DNA of 64,000 bases from Flavobacteriia bacterium (lineage in GTDB: Bacteria > Bacteroidota > Bacteroidia > Flavobacteriales_D > Crocinitomicaceae), in the NCBI GenBank assembly GCA_016178305.1, contig JACOTM010000043.1, positions 51,139-115,138 on the forward strand, in the 5' to 3' direction. Positions 1 through 9,348 of this stretch are shown here, in pieces (the stretch's first letter is position 1; each line of letters opens with the position of its first letter). Below the pieces are notes generated by a model. That model did not search any database. It was not told the DNA's origin and saw only the letters and a list, made by a program, of their open reading frames with translations. A program made the position numbers and the translations under genes.

Positions 1-180
1 GTATATTTAAGGGTAGAAGATGATGGTATTGGTTTACCTAAAGACTTTGATATTGAAAACTTAGAGTCATTAGGATTGCAACTGGTAGTATCACTTACAG
101 AACAACTAAATGGGAATATTGAAATATTAAAAGAGAAGGGAACAAAATTTTTAATTACCTTTGAAAAGGCTAAACAATAA
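1..180 (+). CDS. Sensor histidine kinase, C-terminal fragment (HATPase_c); 5' end lies outside the window
   Basis: Frame 1 reads VYLRVEDDGIGLP...LGLQLV...GTKFLITF and stops with TAA at 178-180. This covers the G1/G2-box region of a histidine-kinase ATPase domain. A response regulator gene follows 9 nt downstream. Confidence 0.7.
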   Translation, partial: VYLRVEDDGIGLPKDFDIENLESLGLQLVVSLTEQLNGNIEILKEKGTKFLITFEKAKQ

Positions 181-188
181 AAACTATT

Positions 189-944
189 ATGTCGAAAATT
201 AATGTCTTGGTTGTAGAAGACGAATCAATCGTATCAAAAGATATTCAACATAGTTTGAAAAAATTAGGATACAATATCGTTGGAGCTGCAGCAACAGGAG
301 AAAAAGCATTGGAATTGGCACACACTGAAAAACCAGATATCGTTTTAATGGATATCATGTTGAAGGGTGATATGAATGGTATTGAAGCTGCCGAAATAAT
401 CAAAAAAGAATTACAAATACCGGTTATATTTTTAACTGCTTATGCTGATGAATCTACATTATCAAAAGCAAAAGTAATTGAGCCTTATGGTTATATTATA
501 AAACCATTCAAAGAAATAGATTTACACACTTCTATTGAAATGGCTATTTATAAAAACCAAAAAGAAAAAGAACAACTAAAAGAGATGGAATATTTATATT
601 CTATTGTTGAAAATAAAGAAGCTTCAAAAGAATTTATTTTTGTAAAATCAAACAGTAAATTGGTCAAAATAAATTGCAAAGATATTTATTTTATAGAAGC
701 TTTGAAAGATTATGTTGTCATTAATACAGCAGATACACGTTTTACAGTTCATTCTACTATGAAAGACATAGAAATGAAAATGGGAAATGAAGACTTTGTT
801 AGAATTCACCGTTCATTTATCGTTCGATTAGATAAAATAGCTACGATTGAATTTCCTAATTTAACATTAGAAAACAATAAAAAGAATTTACCTATTGGTG
901 GATCTTATAGAGATGAATTAAACAATCGAATTAATTTGATTTAA
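189..944 (+). CDS. LytTR-family response regulator (CheY receiver + LytTR DNA-binding domain)
   Basis: Receiver motifs VLVVEDE, DIVLMDIMLKGDMNG and IKP are present. The C-terminal LytTR signature is FVRIHRSFIV...LPIGGSYR. Confidence 0.9.
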   Translation: MSKINVLVVEDESIVSKDIQHSLKKLGYNIVGAAATGEKALELAHTEKPDIVLMDIMLKGDMNGIEAAEIIKKELQIPVIFLTAYADESTLSKAKVIEPYGYIIKPFKEIDLHTSIEMAIYKNQKEKEQLKEMEYLYSIVENKEASKEFIFVKSNSKLVKINCKDIYFIEALKDYVVINTADTRFTVHSTMKDIEMKMGNEDFVRIHRSFIVRLDKIATIEFPNLTLENNKKNLPIGGSYRDELNNRINLI

Positions 945-1116
945 ATCAGTAACTCTGTCTAAATTTATTATGATTTTAATATTTTAAGTCTTTTCCTCTC
1001 AAAACGCGTTAAGTTTTTAAGAAATAAAGATCCATTATTACTGAAAATCTTGCCTTTTTTGAGTAAAAAATCCAATAAAATCTTTTTATCCAATAATTTT
1101 AGATAGTTACTCAATA

Positions 1117-1614
1117 TTAAGCGTTTTTTCTTTTCTTAATTCGACGTACACTATGGTGTTTATATTCATTTGAAACGACACTTATATTACCGTCTGTTTC
1201 TAAAATAACACTGTTAACTTCCTCAATAGAATCACTGCCATGTTCTCGAATTGCTTGTAAAAGTTCATCCGTAGTTATATCATTATTACGGCAATTTTCT
1301 TTTTGCATTTTTCCTTTATAGACTAAAATAACGGGTTCTCCTTCTATGAATTTTTTTACACCTGGAAACGTATATTTCAATTTTTTGAAAAGAAAATTAA
1401 TCAAAAACAATACTCCTGCTGCCAATAATCCACCACCCAAAGAAGTATCAGAACCAACCATTGCATTTTGAACAGCATTACTAATCAATAAAACAAAAAT
1501 CAAATCAGTTATAGATAACTGTGCTAATTCTGTTTTCCCTAAAAGTCTCAGTGCGAAAATAATAAAAAGATAAACGCAACTTGTACTGATAATAATATGT
1601 AAATAATTGTCCAT
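1117..1614 (-). CDS. DUF421 (YetF-like) membrane protein
   Basis: The N-terminus has two or three TM helices with LRLLGKTELAQLSITDLIFVLLISNAVQNAMVG, followed by a soluble C-terminal domain. This is the typical DUF421 architecture. Confidence 0.7.
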   Translation of the reverse strand: MDNYLHIIISTSCVYLFIIFALRLLGKTELAQLSITDLIFVLLISNAVQNAMVGSDTSLGGGLLAAGVLFLINFLFKKLKYTFPGVKKFIEGEPVILVYKGKMQKENCRNNDITTDELLQAIREHGSDSIEEVNSVILETDGNISVVSNEYKHHSVRRIKKRKNA

Positions 1615-1815
1615 TTTCTAATTGAAATGATTTAAAGATAACATAAATTGGATTGAGACAATAGGCTATTCAAGTAATTTTAACAATAAAATATTCAGTA
1701 GCGTTTGTAATTTGAAACCTTAAAAGATAGATAAAGTATTATTTACAGAATCTGTTTCAATTCTCATAAATTCTGCAAATAATACTCAGGTATTATACCG
1801 GTAGAACTTTGGTTT

Positions 1816-4317
1816 CTAATTCCCGAAAAGTTTCCCGAAAATTTTTAAACCATTTTCGATTACTTCTTGATTTTTTACTGGAATTTTTAAAAATGTTTCA
1901 CCAGTCTTTTCGTCTGTTTGAACTAATATTTGTACAAGTTGTTTTGTTTTTTCTTGACTATTTAATGTTTCCATCAATTTACCAAAGAAATTAGTTCCAA
2001 TTTCCACTAAATCAGCTGATTCATTTTTAGAAGATACTTGATTTGTTGTTTGCTGTGGTTCAACTGTAAAAGTATCTTTCTCTTCTATGATTTCCCTTTG
2101 AAAAGTGTCGGTGTGCGCTGTTGTCTTTACTTCTTCCCTATTTTCATCAGAAGAAGTTGTTTGATTAACAGATTCTTTAGCTGTTTCAAAATCTTTCACT
2201 TCTGTTTCTTCTTTTGTATATTGAAAACAATTATCAGCAGCAGTTAAATCCGAAACTTCTTTCATCAAGGTATTGAACTTACTTTCTTGTAAGAATATAG
2301 CACTTTCACCATTGTCCAAAACACCTGAAGCCATTGCAGATTTAAAATTTAATTTTCCAAGCATGGCATTTTCAATCGTATTTGCAGAAACAAAATTGAT
2401 GATTTGGACTTTTCTTTTTTGTCCCATTCTGTGTATTCGCGCGATACGTTGTTCCAAAACGGCTGGATTCCAAGGTAAATCCATGTTTATCAAAATAGAA
2501 GCAGCTTGTAAATTTAAACCAACCCCACCCGCATCCGTTGATAAAAACACTTTACTTGTAGGATTTTGATTGAAATTAGTAAATAACTTTTCTCTGTCTT
2601 TGCTATGAATACCTCCATGTAAATTTTCAAATTGGATATTTCTAGCTTCTAATTCGCCTGCAATGATGCGTGTCATACGTTCCCATTGGCTAAAAACAAC
2701 AACTTTTTCATCCGAATTTTCGAAAACTTCATCTAAAATATTCATTAATTCTTCCACTTTTGTATCGTGACGAGTAACTTGGTCAATGATAAAAGTACTA
2801 TCACAAACCATACGCATTCTATTCAAATTAATCAGTAAATTTTGACGATCTTTTTCGCTCAAAAATTTCATTCGCATCCATTTGTTTACCATCCGATTGA
2901 CTTGATCCGAATATTCTGTATAATAATCCATTTGCGCTTTTGTCATCGGAACAAACAAATTTTTATCTATGCGAGAAGGAAGTTGTTTTAATACATCTCT
3001 TTTGTGACGGCGAATCATAGAATCTTTTAATAATTCGCCTATTTCATTTAAATCTTTGTAGCCAATAATTTTTCCAGTTGTTTCATCGGTGATTTGATGA
3101 TTATCTAAAAAACGAAAAAGAGCTCCCATTTTGTAGGGATTAACCATTTGAACCAAAGAATACAATTCTTCTAATTTATTTTCAATAGGTGTTCCGGTTA
3201 AAACAATCGCATATTTGGTGTTGATTTGTTTAACATTTTTTGCGGTTTTTGTTTGCCAATTTTTAATACGTTGGGCTTCATCTAAAATAACTAAATCAAA
3301 TTCCGTTTCATTAATGGCTTCTAAATCATTTCCAATGACATTATAACTACAAATTTTGTATTGTAATTCGTTGGAATACAATTGTTTTCGTTGAAAAACA
3401 TTCCCTTCGATTACTTGTAATGTGCTTTCTGTAAACTTTTCAATTTCCGTCTTCCACTGGTATTTTAATGAAGTTGGACAAACAATCAAAATTTTAGAAA
3501 TACCCATTAGTTTTTTCAAACCTTCGGCTACACCTATAGCCTGTATGGTTTTACCAAGTCCCATATCATCTGCTATCAATGATCTTCCGGCGCGTAAACC
3601 AAATTCTATTCCTTCTTTTTGGTATGGGAATAAGTCAGCTTTTAGTAAAGATTTAAAAAATTTGGAATTTTCAATTTCTTTAGAAATAAGTTGATTGCGT
3701 GCATGAAATTCACGTTTATTTAAAACAAATTCTAAAGCATCAGGATAACATCTAAATTCAGGTGAAATTTGATGAGCCTTTTCTAGAAATAGGTCAAAAT
3801 GATCTATTGCGTTTTCTTCAATTATCCCATCTTGATCAAAATAACGAGCTGCCAGATTTGTAAATTCAAGATTATTTTCAATACCTATGCGGATACAAAC
3901 TTTTCTTTCATCTTTATAATCTAAAAAAACAGAAGTATAACTCAACGCGTTGTTTTTCTCATAAATTTTCTTTAATCTGGCATTATTTTCTATTTTAAAT
4001 AAAATATGTTCAATGTGTTTACAAGTACCTAAATTATTGGTTTTGAAATCCATACATTCACAAAAATTCATTCCTTTTTCGCTACGGATAGAGACCTTGT
4101 AAAAAGTCTTTTGAGCTGAACCATTGATTTTGTAATCAGAAAAAACCAAGTGATTTCCAATGTTTTTATAAGCAAAATTAGTATTTGAAGCATATTGTTT
4201 ACGAAGTGCCAACTGCCACTCTTCCATAGACAAGTTTATAGGTTTTGAATGATAAGGTACTTTTAAAACCGCTTTAGATACCGCTTTTTTATTCTTCGCT
4301 TTACTTTTTACCGCCAT
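1816..4317 (-). CDS. SNF2-family helicase/translocase with N-terminal SWIM zinc finger
   Basis: SWIM CxC...CxH motif: CECMDFKTNNLGTCKH. SNF2 motifs: DDMGLGKTIQ (I), ILDEAQRIKN (II), LTGTPIEN (III), STDAGGVGLNLQ (V) and WNPAVLEQRIARIHRMGQ (VI). Confidence 0.9.
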   Translation of the reverse strand: MAVKSKAKNKKAVSKAVLKVPYHSKPINLSMEEWQLALRKQYASNTNFAYKNIGNHLVFSDYKINGSAQKTFYKVSIRSEKGMNFCECMDFKTNNLGTCKHIEHILFKIENNARLKKIYEKNNALSYTSVFLDYKDERKVCIRIGIENNLEFTNLAARYFDQDGIIEENAIDHFDLFLEKAHQISPEFRCYPDALEFVLNKREFHARNQLISKEIENSKFFKSLLKADLFPYQKEGIEFGLRAGRSLIADDMGLGKTIQAIGVAEGLKKLMGISKILIVCPTSLKYQWKTEIEKFTESTLQVIEGNVFQRKQLYSNELQYKICSYNVIGNDLEAINETEFDLVILDEAQRIKNWQTKTAKNVKQINTKYAIVLTGTPIENKLEELYSLVQMVNPYKMGALFRFLDNHQITDETTGKIIGYKDLNEIGELLKDSMIRRHKRDVLKQLPSRIDKNLFVPMTKAQMDYYTEYSDQVNRMVNKWMRMKFLSEKDRQNLLINLNRMRMVCDSTFIIDQVTRHDTKVEELMNILDEVFENSDEKVVVFSQWERMTRIIAGELEARNIQFENLHGGIHSKDREKLFTNFNQNPTSKVFLSTDAGGVGLNLQAASILINMDLPWNPAVLEQRIARIHRMGQKRKVQIINFVSANTIENAMLGKLNFKSAMASGVLDNGESAIFLQESKFNTLMKEVSDLTAADNCFQYTKEETEVKDFETAKESVNQTTSSDENREEVKTTAHTDTFQREIIEEKDTFTVEPQQTTNQVSSKNESADLVEIGTNFFGKLMETLNSQEKTKQLVQILVQTDEKTGETFLKIPVKNQEVIENGLKIFGKLFGN

Positions 4318-4390
4318 GATTACAAATTTTCTTCAAATTTGAAGAATTTTGTAAAATAGGGCTTTATATTCCAGCTGATTTTATAAAATC

Positions 4391-5464
4391 TTATGAACAA
4401 AATGATAGTTTTAAGAAAAGCTCATTCGAATTATAAAAATCCTCTTCCTCAGCTATTCCAATAAATTTAAAACACAAATCCTCAATCATGGCAGTAATGT
4501 CGTTTTTAGTTTGAGATAACTTGAAAATTTTCTCAATAGTGGCATATAATTTTTCATTTGATTTTAATCCATTTTTATGATTATCGATAGCTTTTATTGC
4601 TGATTTTTCAATCATGTGGGCATAAGAGCTAATCTTTTCAAATCTTGGGTCGCGAACTAACCTAAATTTTTCAGCTAGTAATTCTCGTTCTCTATCCAAT
4701 AAAATTTCTATGTAAACTTTGAGTTTGTCTTCGTTCAAGTCATTGAGATGTTCAGTAGTTTGATGGATCCATTCTAATTCTAACCGCAACAATAATGGAA
4801 AGTTTTTTTCTTGGTAAGCAGCGGTGACTTTTTTCATCAACTCTTCCTTTTTGGCTTTTTCAAGAGGATCTGTTTCCGTATCAGGATGTAACGCTTTTGA
4901 AAGAGAAATGTAAATACGTTTTAAACTTTTAGTCTGTGCTTCTATTTTGGCTTTTTCAAGTGCTTCTCGTTCTATTTCTTTTTGGGTTTTCTTCTTCGCT
5001 TTTTGTTTGGGAATTTCGAATTCTTGTTGCTGATCATCAAGTTTTTTGTTTTGAATTTTATCTTGAAGTTCACGCATTAATTTGGCCATTTCTTCTTCAT
5101 TTTCTATGTCAACATCTGTTAAATCTATATCTATTCCTTGCATGGCAAACATAAATTCCATTTCAGTTTTCATATTAATGATATCACCTTCTTTTTCTTC
5201 TTCAAAAGTGAGATCAGAATATTTATCAAACAATTCAATTTCTTCTTTATTGGGAATAATTTCTGTAAAAGCATCATTTAATAGATATATAATGAGTTCT
5301 TCTGCTTGCTCTTTTGATTTTTTTGACAGCTTCGTTGAAAGCATTTTTTCTTCAACAGTAAATGCTAATTTTATTTTATTTCTAGCCTCTGCTTCAACTA
5401 AAGGATCAATGTTTTTAGAAAAATAGGTCAATAAATTTCGCAACATTTCCTCTTTTTGAATCAA
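4391..5464 (-). CDS. J-domain-containing protein (DnaJ-like co-chaperone module in the C-terminal half, coiled-coil/acidic N-terminal half)
   Basis: The segment KRIYISLSKALHPDTETDPLEKAKKEELMKKVTAAYQEKN carries the HPD tripeptide in the helix II/III context of a J domain. The gene is on the same strand as the SNF2 gene and 73 nt upstream of it. Confidence 0.6.
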   Translation of the reverse strand: MIQKEEMLRNLLTYFSKNIDPLVEAEARNKIKLAFTVEEKMLSTKLSKKSKEQAEELIIYLLNDAFTEIIPNKEEIELFDKYSDLTFEEEKEGDIINMKTEMEFMFAMQGIDIDLTDVDIENEEEMAKLMRELQDKIQNKKLDDQQQEFEIPKQKAKKKTQKEIEREALEKAKIEAQTKSLKRIYISLSKALHPDTETDPLEKAKKEELMKKVTAAYQEKNFPLLLRLELEWIHQTTEHLNDLNEDKLKVYIEILLDRERELLAEKFRLVRDPRFEKISSYAHMIEKSAIKAIDNHKNGLKSNEKLYATIEKIFKLSQTKNDITAMIEDLCFKFIGIAEEEDFYNSNELFLKLSFCS

Positions 5465-5814
5465 TTGCTTTTCTTATTTCTCAATTCTAATAGTAATTTT
5501 ATTAAATTGATCCTGAGATTTTGTCAATTTTTGAGTTCCTTTTGGAATAATTGTTATACTTGTTTTAGTTTGCATCTCTTCTTCCTTATAGTTATTTGTA
5601 AAAATAAAAACACTAATTAAATTATCGGTCAATTAATTTTTACTTTCATCCTTCCCAACTTGTCAAATCCCATTTATTTTATTCTAGTTTGTTGTATGTC
5701 ACACTTTTTAAGTTTAGGTATCATAGGAATATTGATTTAAATAAAAATACGTCATTGGTAGGTTATTTGTGGAATGTGTGTGTAAATATATTCCGATAAC
5801 AATAAAATAAATTC

Positions 5815-5901
5815 GTCAATATTTTCGAAGTCATCAACTACCTTTTGAAAAAAGATTCCTTGGAAAAACAAATGAAAGAGCGTAGGGAAGATTGGGTATA
5901 A
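5815..5901 (+). pseudogene. 3'-terminal remnant of a second ORF6N-family gene
   Basis: It translates to VNIFEVINYLLKKDSLEKQMKERREDWV*. This parallels the C-terminus DIFEVINYLMKKESMEKQTKERGNIGY of the intact ORF6N gene. About 90 nt at 5819-5908 align at roughly 80% identity with 6382-6470. No upstream part of the gene remains. Confidence 0.6.
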
Positions 5902-5963
5902 AAAAGAGTAATTTAATTCAACTTTTTCATTATCTTAATATTAAATTTAATCAAAATCATCTA

Positions 5964-6476
5964 ATGGAAATCACACAAATACATCAGAAAATTTATGAAA
6001 TAAGAGGACAGAAAGTAATGCTTGATAGAGATTTATCTAAACTATACCAAGTAGAAACAAAATATTTAAATTTAGTAGTTAAACGAAATTTAGAACGATT
6101 TCCTTTTGATTTTATGTTTCAATTAAATATTGAAGAATGGGAATCTTTGAGGTTGCAAATTGAAACCTCAAAAGGTAAAGGAGGAACAAGATATTTACCT
6201 TATGCATTTTCTGAACAAGGAATAGCTATGTTAAGTGGTCTTCTAAATTCTCAAGTTGCAATTCAGGTAAACATAATGATTATGAGAACTTTTGTGCATA
6301 TTCGCCAATTTGCTTTATCACATGTTGAACTATCAGTTCAATTAAAACAACTTGAACAAAAATACGATCAGCAGTTCGACGATATTTTTGAAGTCATCAA
6401 TTACCTGATGAAAAAAGAATCAATGGAAAAACAAACGAAGGAGCGGGGGAATATAGGGTATAGGAAAGGGGGGTAA
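5964..6476 (+). CDS. ORF6N-domain (KilA-N-like) DNA-binding protein
   Basis: IYEIRGQKVMLDRDLSKLYQVETKYLNLVVKRNLERFPFDFMFQL...RYLPYAFSEQGIAMLSGLL matches the ORF6N domain pattern. I prefer the ATG at 5964 over the TTG at 5892 given in the ORF track. Confidence 0.8.
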   Translation: MEITQIHQKIYEIRGQKVMLDRDLSKLYQVETKYLNLVVKRNLERFPFDFMFQLNIEEWESLRLQIETSKGKGGTRYLPYAFSEQGIAMLSGLLNSQVAIQVNIMIMRTFVHIRQFALSHVELSVQLKQLEQKYDQQFDDIFEVINYLMKKESMEKQTKERGNIGYRKGG

Positions 6477-6562
6477 AAAAATACGATGTGTGGTGATAAG
6501 TTTGAGTTATTTATAGTGAATAACTTTATTAATAATTTATAGAGATTTTAATTTTAAAAGCG

Positions 6563-7840
6563 ATGAATCATAGTATTTTTGAAATCAAAGAGAATTTGAA
6601 AAATAATATGAATAATATGAATTTTATTGACCTATTTGCTGGTGCGGGGGGATTGTCTGAGGGTTTTATTAAATCTGGATTTACACCTATTGCCCATGTT
6701 GAAATGAATAAAGATGCTTGTGATACTTTACGAACAAGAACTGCTTTTCATTATTTAAAAGAAAACAATAGAATTAATGAATATTATGATTATTTAAAAG
6801 GTGGAATTACAAGAAAAGAATTTTGGGATAAATTACCAAAAGAGTTATTTAATTCTGTAATAAATACTGAAATATCATCTGAAACTATACCTTATTTATT
6901 TGAAAGTATTGATAAATTAGTAAATAATGAAGAGGTTGATTTAGTAATTGGTGGACCTCCATGTCAAGCATATTCTGTAGCAGGTAGAGCAAGAGACCCA
7001 AAGGGAATGACTGAAGATCCAAGAAACTTTTTGTATAAATATTATGTGGAATTTTTGAATAGATATAGACCTAATATGTTTGTTTTTGAAAATGTACCAG
7101 GCATTTTATCTGCAAATAATGGTGAATATTTAAAAATGATCTTTGATGCTGTAAAAGAAGTTGGGTATGATTTAAATTATAAAATATTGAATGCGAAAAA
7201 TTTCAATGTACTTCAAGATAGAAAAAGAGTAATAATTATTGGTTGGAAACAAGAATTAAATCTAGAATATCCTGATTTTAATGAAGTTGAACCTAAATAC
7301 AAAATATTAAAAGATCTTTTTTCTGATTTACCTAAATTAAATAATGGAGAAGGCTCTTTTGGAGTTGTTAAGTATGCTAAAAAAACTTCTGAATATTTAG
7401 AAAAAACACAAATTAGAAACGGAATTGATTTTACAACACAACATATAGCTAGACCAAACAATGAAAATGATTTACAGATTTATAGAATTGCTGTAAATAA
7501 ATGGGTGAAAGATAATAAACGTTTAAATTATGCTGAATTACCACCTAATTTAATTAAACACAATAATACTAAATCTTTCACGAATCGTTTTCAAGTTGTG
7601 AATCATGAGGGGGTTTCTCATACTGTTGTTGCTCATATAGCAATGGATGGACATTATTATATTCATCCTGATATTCAACAAAACAGATCAATTACTGTTC
7701 GTGAAGCTGCCAGAATTCAGTCTTTTCCGGATGATTATTTCTTTGAATCTAGTAGAACAGCAGCATTTAAACAAATTGGAAATGCTGTACCTGTCTTGAT
7801 GGCAAAAGGAATAGCAGATAAAATTAAAGAAATATTATGA
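6563..7840 (+). CDS. dcm: DNA (cytosine-5)-methyltransferase, Dcm type
   Basis: All canonical C5-MTase motifs are present: I DLFAGAGGLSEGF, IV GGPPCQAYS (6949-6975), VI FENVPG, VIII QDRKRVIIIG, IX TVREAARIQSFPDDY and X QIGNAVPV. Confidence 0.95.
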   Translation: MNHSIFEIKENLKNNMNNMNFIDLFAGAGGLSEGFIKSGFTPIAHVEMNKDACDTLRTRTAFHYLKENNRINEYYDYLKGGITRKEFWDKLPKELFNSVINTEISSETIPYLFESIDKLVNNEEVDLVIGGPPCQAYSVAGRARDPKGMTEDPRNFLYKYYVEFLNRYRPNMFVFENVPGILSANNGEYLKMIFDAVKEVGYDLNYKILNAKNFNVLQDRKRVIIIGWKQELNLEYPDFNEVEPKYKILKDLFSDLPKLNNGEGSFGVVKYAKKTSEYLEKTQIRNGIDFTTQHIARPNNENDLQIYRIAVNKWVKDNKRLNYAELPPNLIKHNNTKSFTNRFQVVNHEGVSHTVVAHIAMDGHYYIHPDIQQNRSITVREAARIQSFPDDYFFESSRTAAFKQIGNAVPVLMAKGIADKIKEIL

Positions 7841-9342
7841 TTGAAAACTTTGAATTAGCAAACCCTAATCCTGAATTTCTTATTAAATCAATTGCTGAAC
7901 AAGGTTATAGCCTAGAAACAGCATTAGCAGATTTGATGGATAATTCAATTACAGCCAATGCATCAAGAATTGAAGTTTTGACTAAAATTGATAATGAACC
8001 TTTCACTCTTTTTTTAAGTGATAATGGAGAAGGAATGAGTTTTGAATCTTTAAAACGAAATATGCAATTTCCTAGTAAATCACCAGAAGAAACTAGAGAA
8101 ACTAATGATTTAGGTAGGTTTGGATTAGGATTAAAAACAGCATCTTTTTCTCAAACAAGAGCCTTTACAGTTATTTCTAGAAAGAGAGGGACAGATGTAT
8201 TTTCAGGGTTAACTTGGGATGTAAATCATCTCAAAAATTCTGGAAAATGGGAAATAATTATTAACTCAGAAAATGAAATAAAAGAAATACTAGATTTATA
8301 TAATACAATCTCTGAGTCTCATCTTAATAATTCTAAAGATTACATTCCTAACACAATCATTATTTGGAAAGGTTTATATAAGTTTGAAAACTTTCTAGAT
8401 ATAAAAAACAAACAAGAGGCATTAAAACAAGAAATAACAAATACAACGAGTGAATACTTGTCAATTGTCTTTCATAAGTTTATGGAAAGACGAACTAATA
8501 AAATAAATATAAGAATTAATAACACTCTTGTTAATCCTTTTAACCCTTTTCCATTAGAGAATTCTAGTTTAAGAGCATTAGAACCATTACAAAAAGAATT
8601 TGGAAAGGACATTGTAAAAATTCAAGGTTTTGTTTTACCAAATACAAGTATAAAAGAAACCAAAGAAAATTCTAACCTATGGACTCCATTCAATAAAAGT
8701 CTTATGGATATGGAAGGATTATATATTTATAGGGCTGATAGATTAATTTTGTTTGGAGGATGGAATGGTTTAATAAAAAAAATGCCAAGATTACAGTTAG
8801 GAAGACTTAAAATTAATATTGGAAATAAAGTTGACCATTTATTTCATCTAAATGTAGCAAAATCTCAAATTAATATACCACATGATTTAAAAAATTCCTT
8901 TTTACGAGCAATAGTTGATTTAAAAGTTGAAGCACAAAAAGAATATTTTAATCATGGACTTAAAACATTTTCTCATAAACCTACAGAACATAGCAGTGAA
9001 TTATTTTATAAAATAGCCACAAATAAAGGTGTTTTACTTAAAATAAATGATGAATTTCCGTTGTTAAAATCTCTTAAATCCTCACTTAATAAAAATCAGA
9101 AATCAGAATTAAATTTTATTTTAAAAATGAGTTCAAACTTAATTAATAAGGTTCGTCAAGTAGATAATATTGAAATAACAGGTAATCCTGAAAAAGATGG
9201 AATTTCAATTGATGACATTTTCAATTCAATAAATGAACTTTTAAAATTAGGTTTATCAAAAGAACAAATTAAGAAAGATATTTTACCAAATCTAGGTTTT
9301 AAAAATACAATACCTGAAGAAATTATAACTATTTTAAATTAA
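7837..9342 (+). CDS. GHKL-superfamily ATPase, MORC-like (HATPase_c_3 type)
   Basis: Bergerat-fold motifs: N box ALADLMDNSITA (7930-7956), G1 SDNGEGMS and G2 GRFGLGLKTAS. The start codon overlaps the dcm stop (ATGA at 7837-7840). Confidence 0.85.
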   Translation: MIENFELANPNPEFLIKSIAEQGYSLETALADLMDNSITANASRIEVLTKIDNEPFTLFLSDNGEGMSFESLKRNMQFPSKSPEETRETNDLGRFGLGLKTASFSQTRAFTVISRKRGTDVFSGLTWDVNHLKNSGKWEIIINSENEIKEILDLYNTISESHLNNSKDYIPNTIIIWKGLYKFENFLDIKNKQEALKQEITNTTSEYLSIVFHKFMERRTNKINIRINNTLVNPFNPFPLENSSLRALEPLQKEFGKDIVKIQGFVLPNTSIKETKENSNLWTPFNKSLMDMEGLYIYRADRLILFGGWNGLIKKMPRLQLGRLKINIGNKVDHLFHLNVAKSQINIPHDLKNSFLRAIVDLKVEAQKEYFNHGLKTFSHKPTEHSSELFYKIATNKGVLLKINDEFPLLKSLKSSLNKNQKSELNFILKMSSNLINKVRQVDNIEITGNPEKDGISIDDIFNSINELLKLGLSKEQIKKDILPNLGFKNTIPEEIITILN

Positions 9343-9348
9343 TTATTT

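Noticed and set aside
1809-3694. ORF-track entries 1809-1994, 2038-2247, 2273-2569 and 3422-3694 on the plus strand
   Set aside because: They lie entirely antisense to the well-supported SNF2 gene. They are Phe/Leu/Ile-rich with low-complexity composition typical of shadow ORFs in AT-rich DNA, and they have no motifs.
4936-5426. Plus-strand ORFs 4936-5154 and 5082-5426
   Set aside because: They are antisense shadows of the J-domain gene, with low-complexity Ser/Phe/Leu sequence.
5892-5963. TTG-initiated N-terminal extension of the ORF6N gene given in the ORF track
   Set aside because: The extension overlaps the stop of the ORF6N remnant and adds non-homologous residues. The ATG at 5964 starts right before the conserved domain.
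6505-6525. A 7-bp inverted repeat (agttatt/aataact) upstream of dcm, considered as a controller-protein operator
   Set aside because: The arms are too short and AT-rich to be distinguishable from chance.
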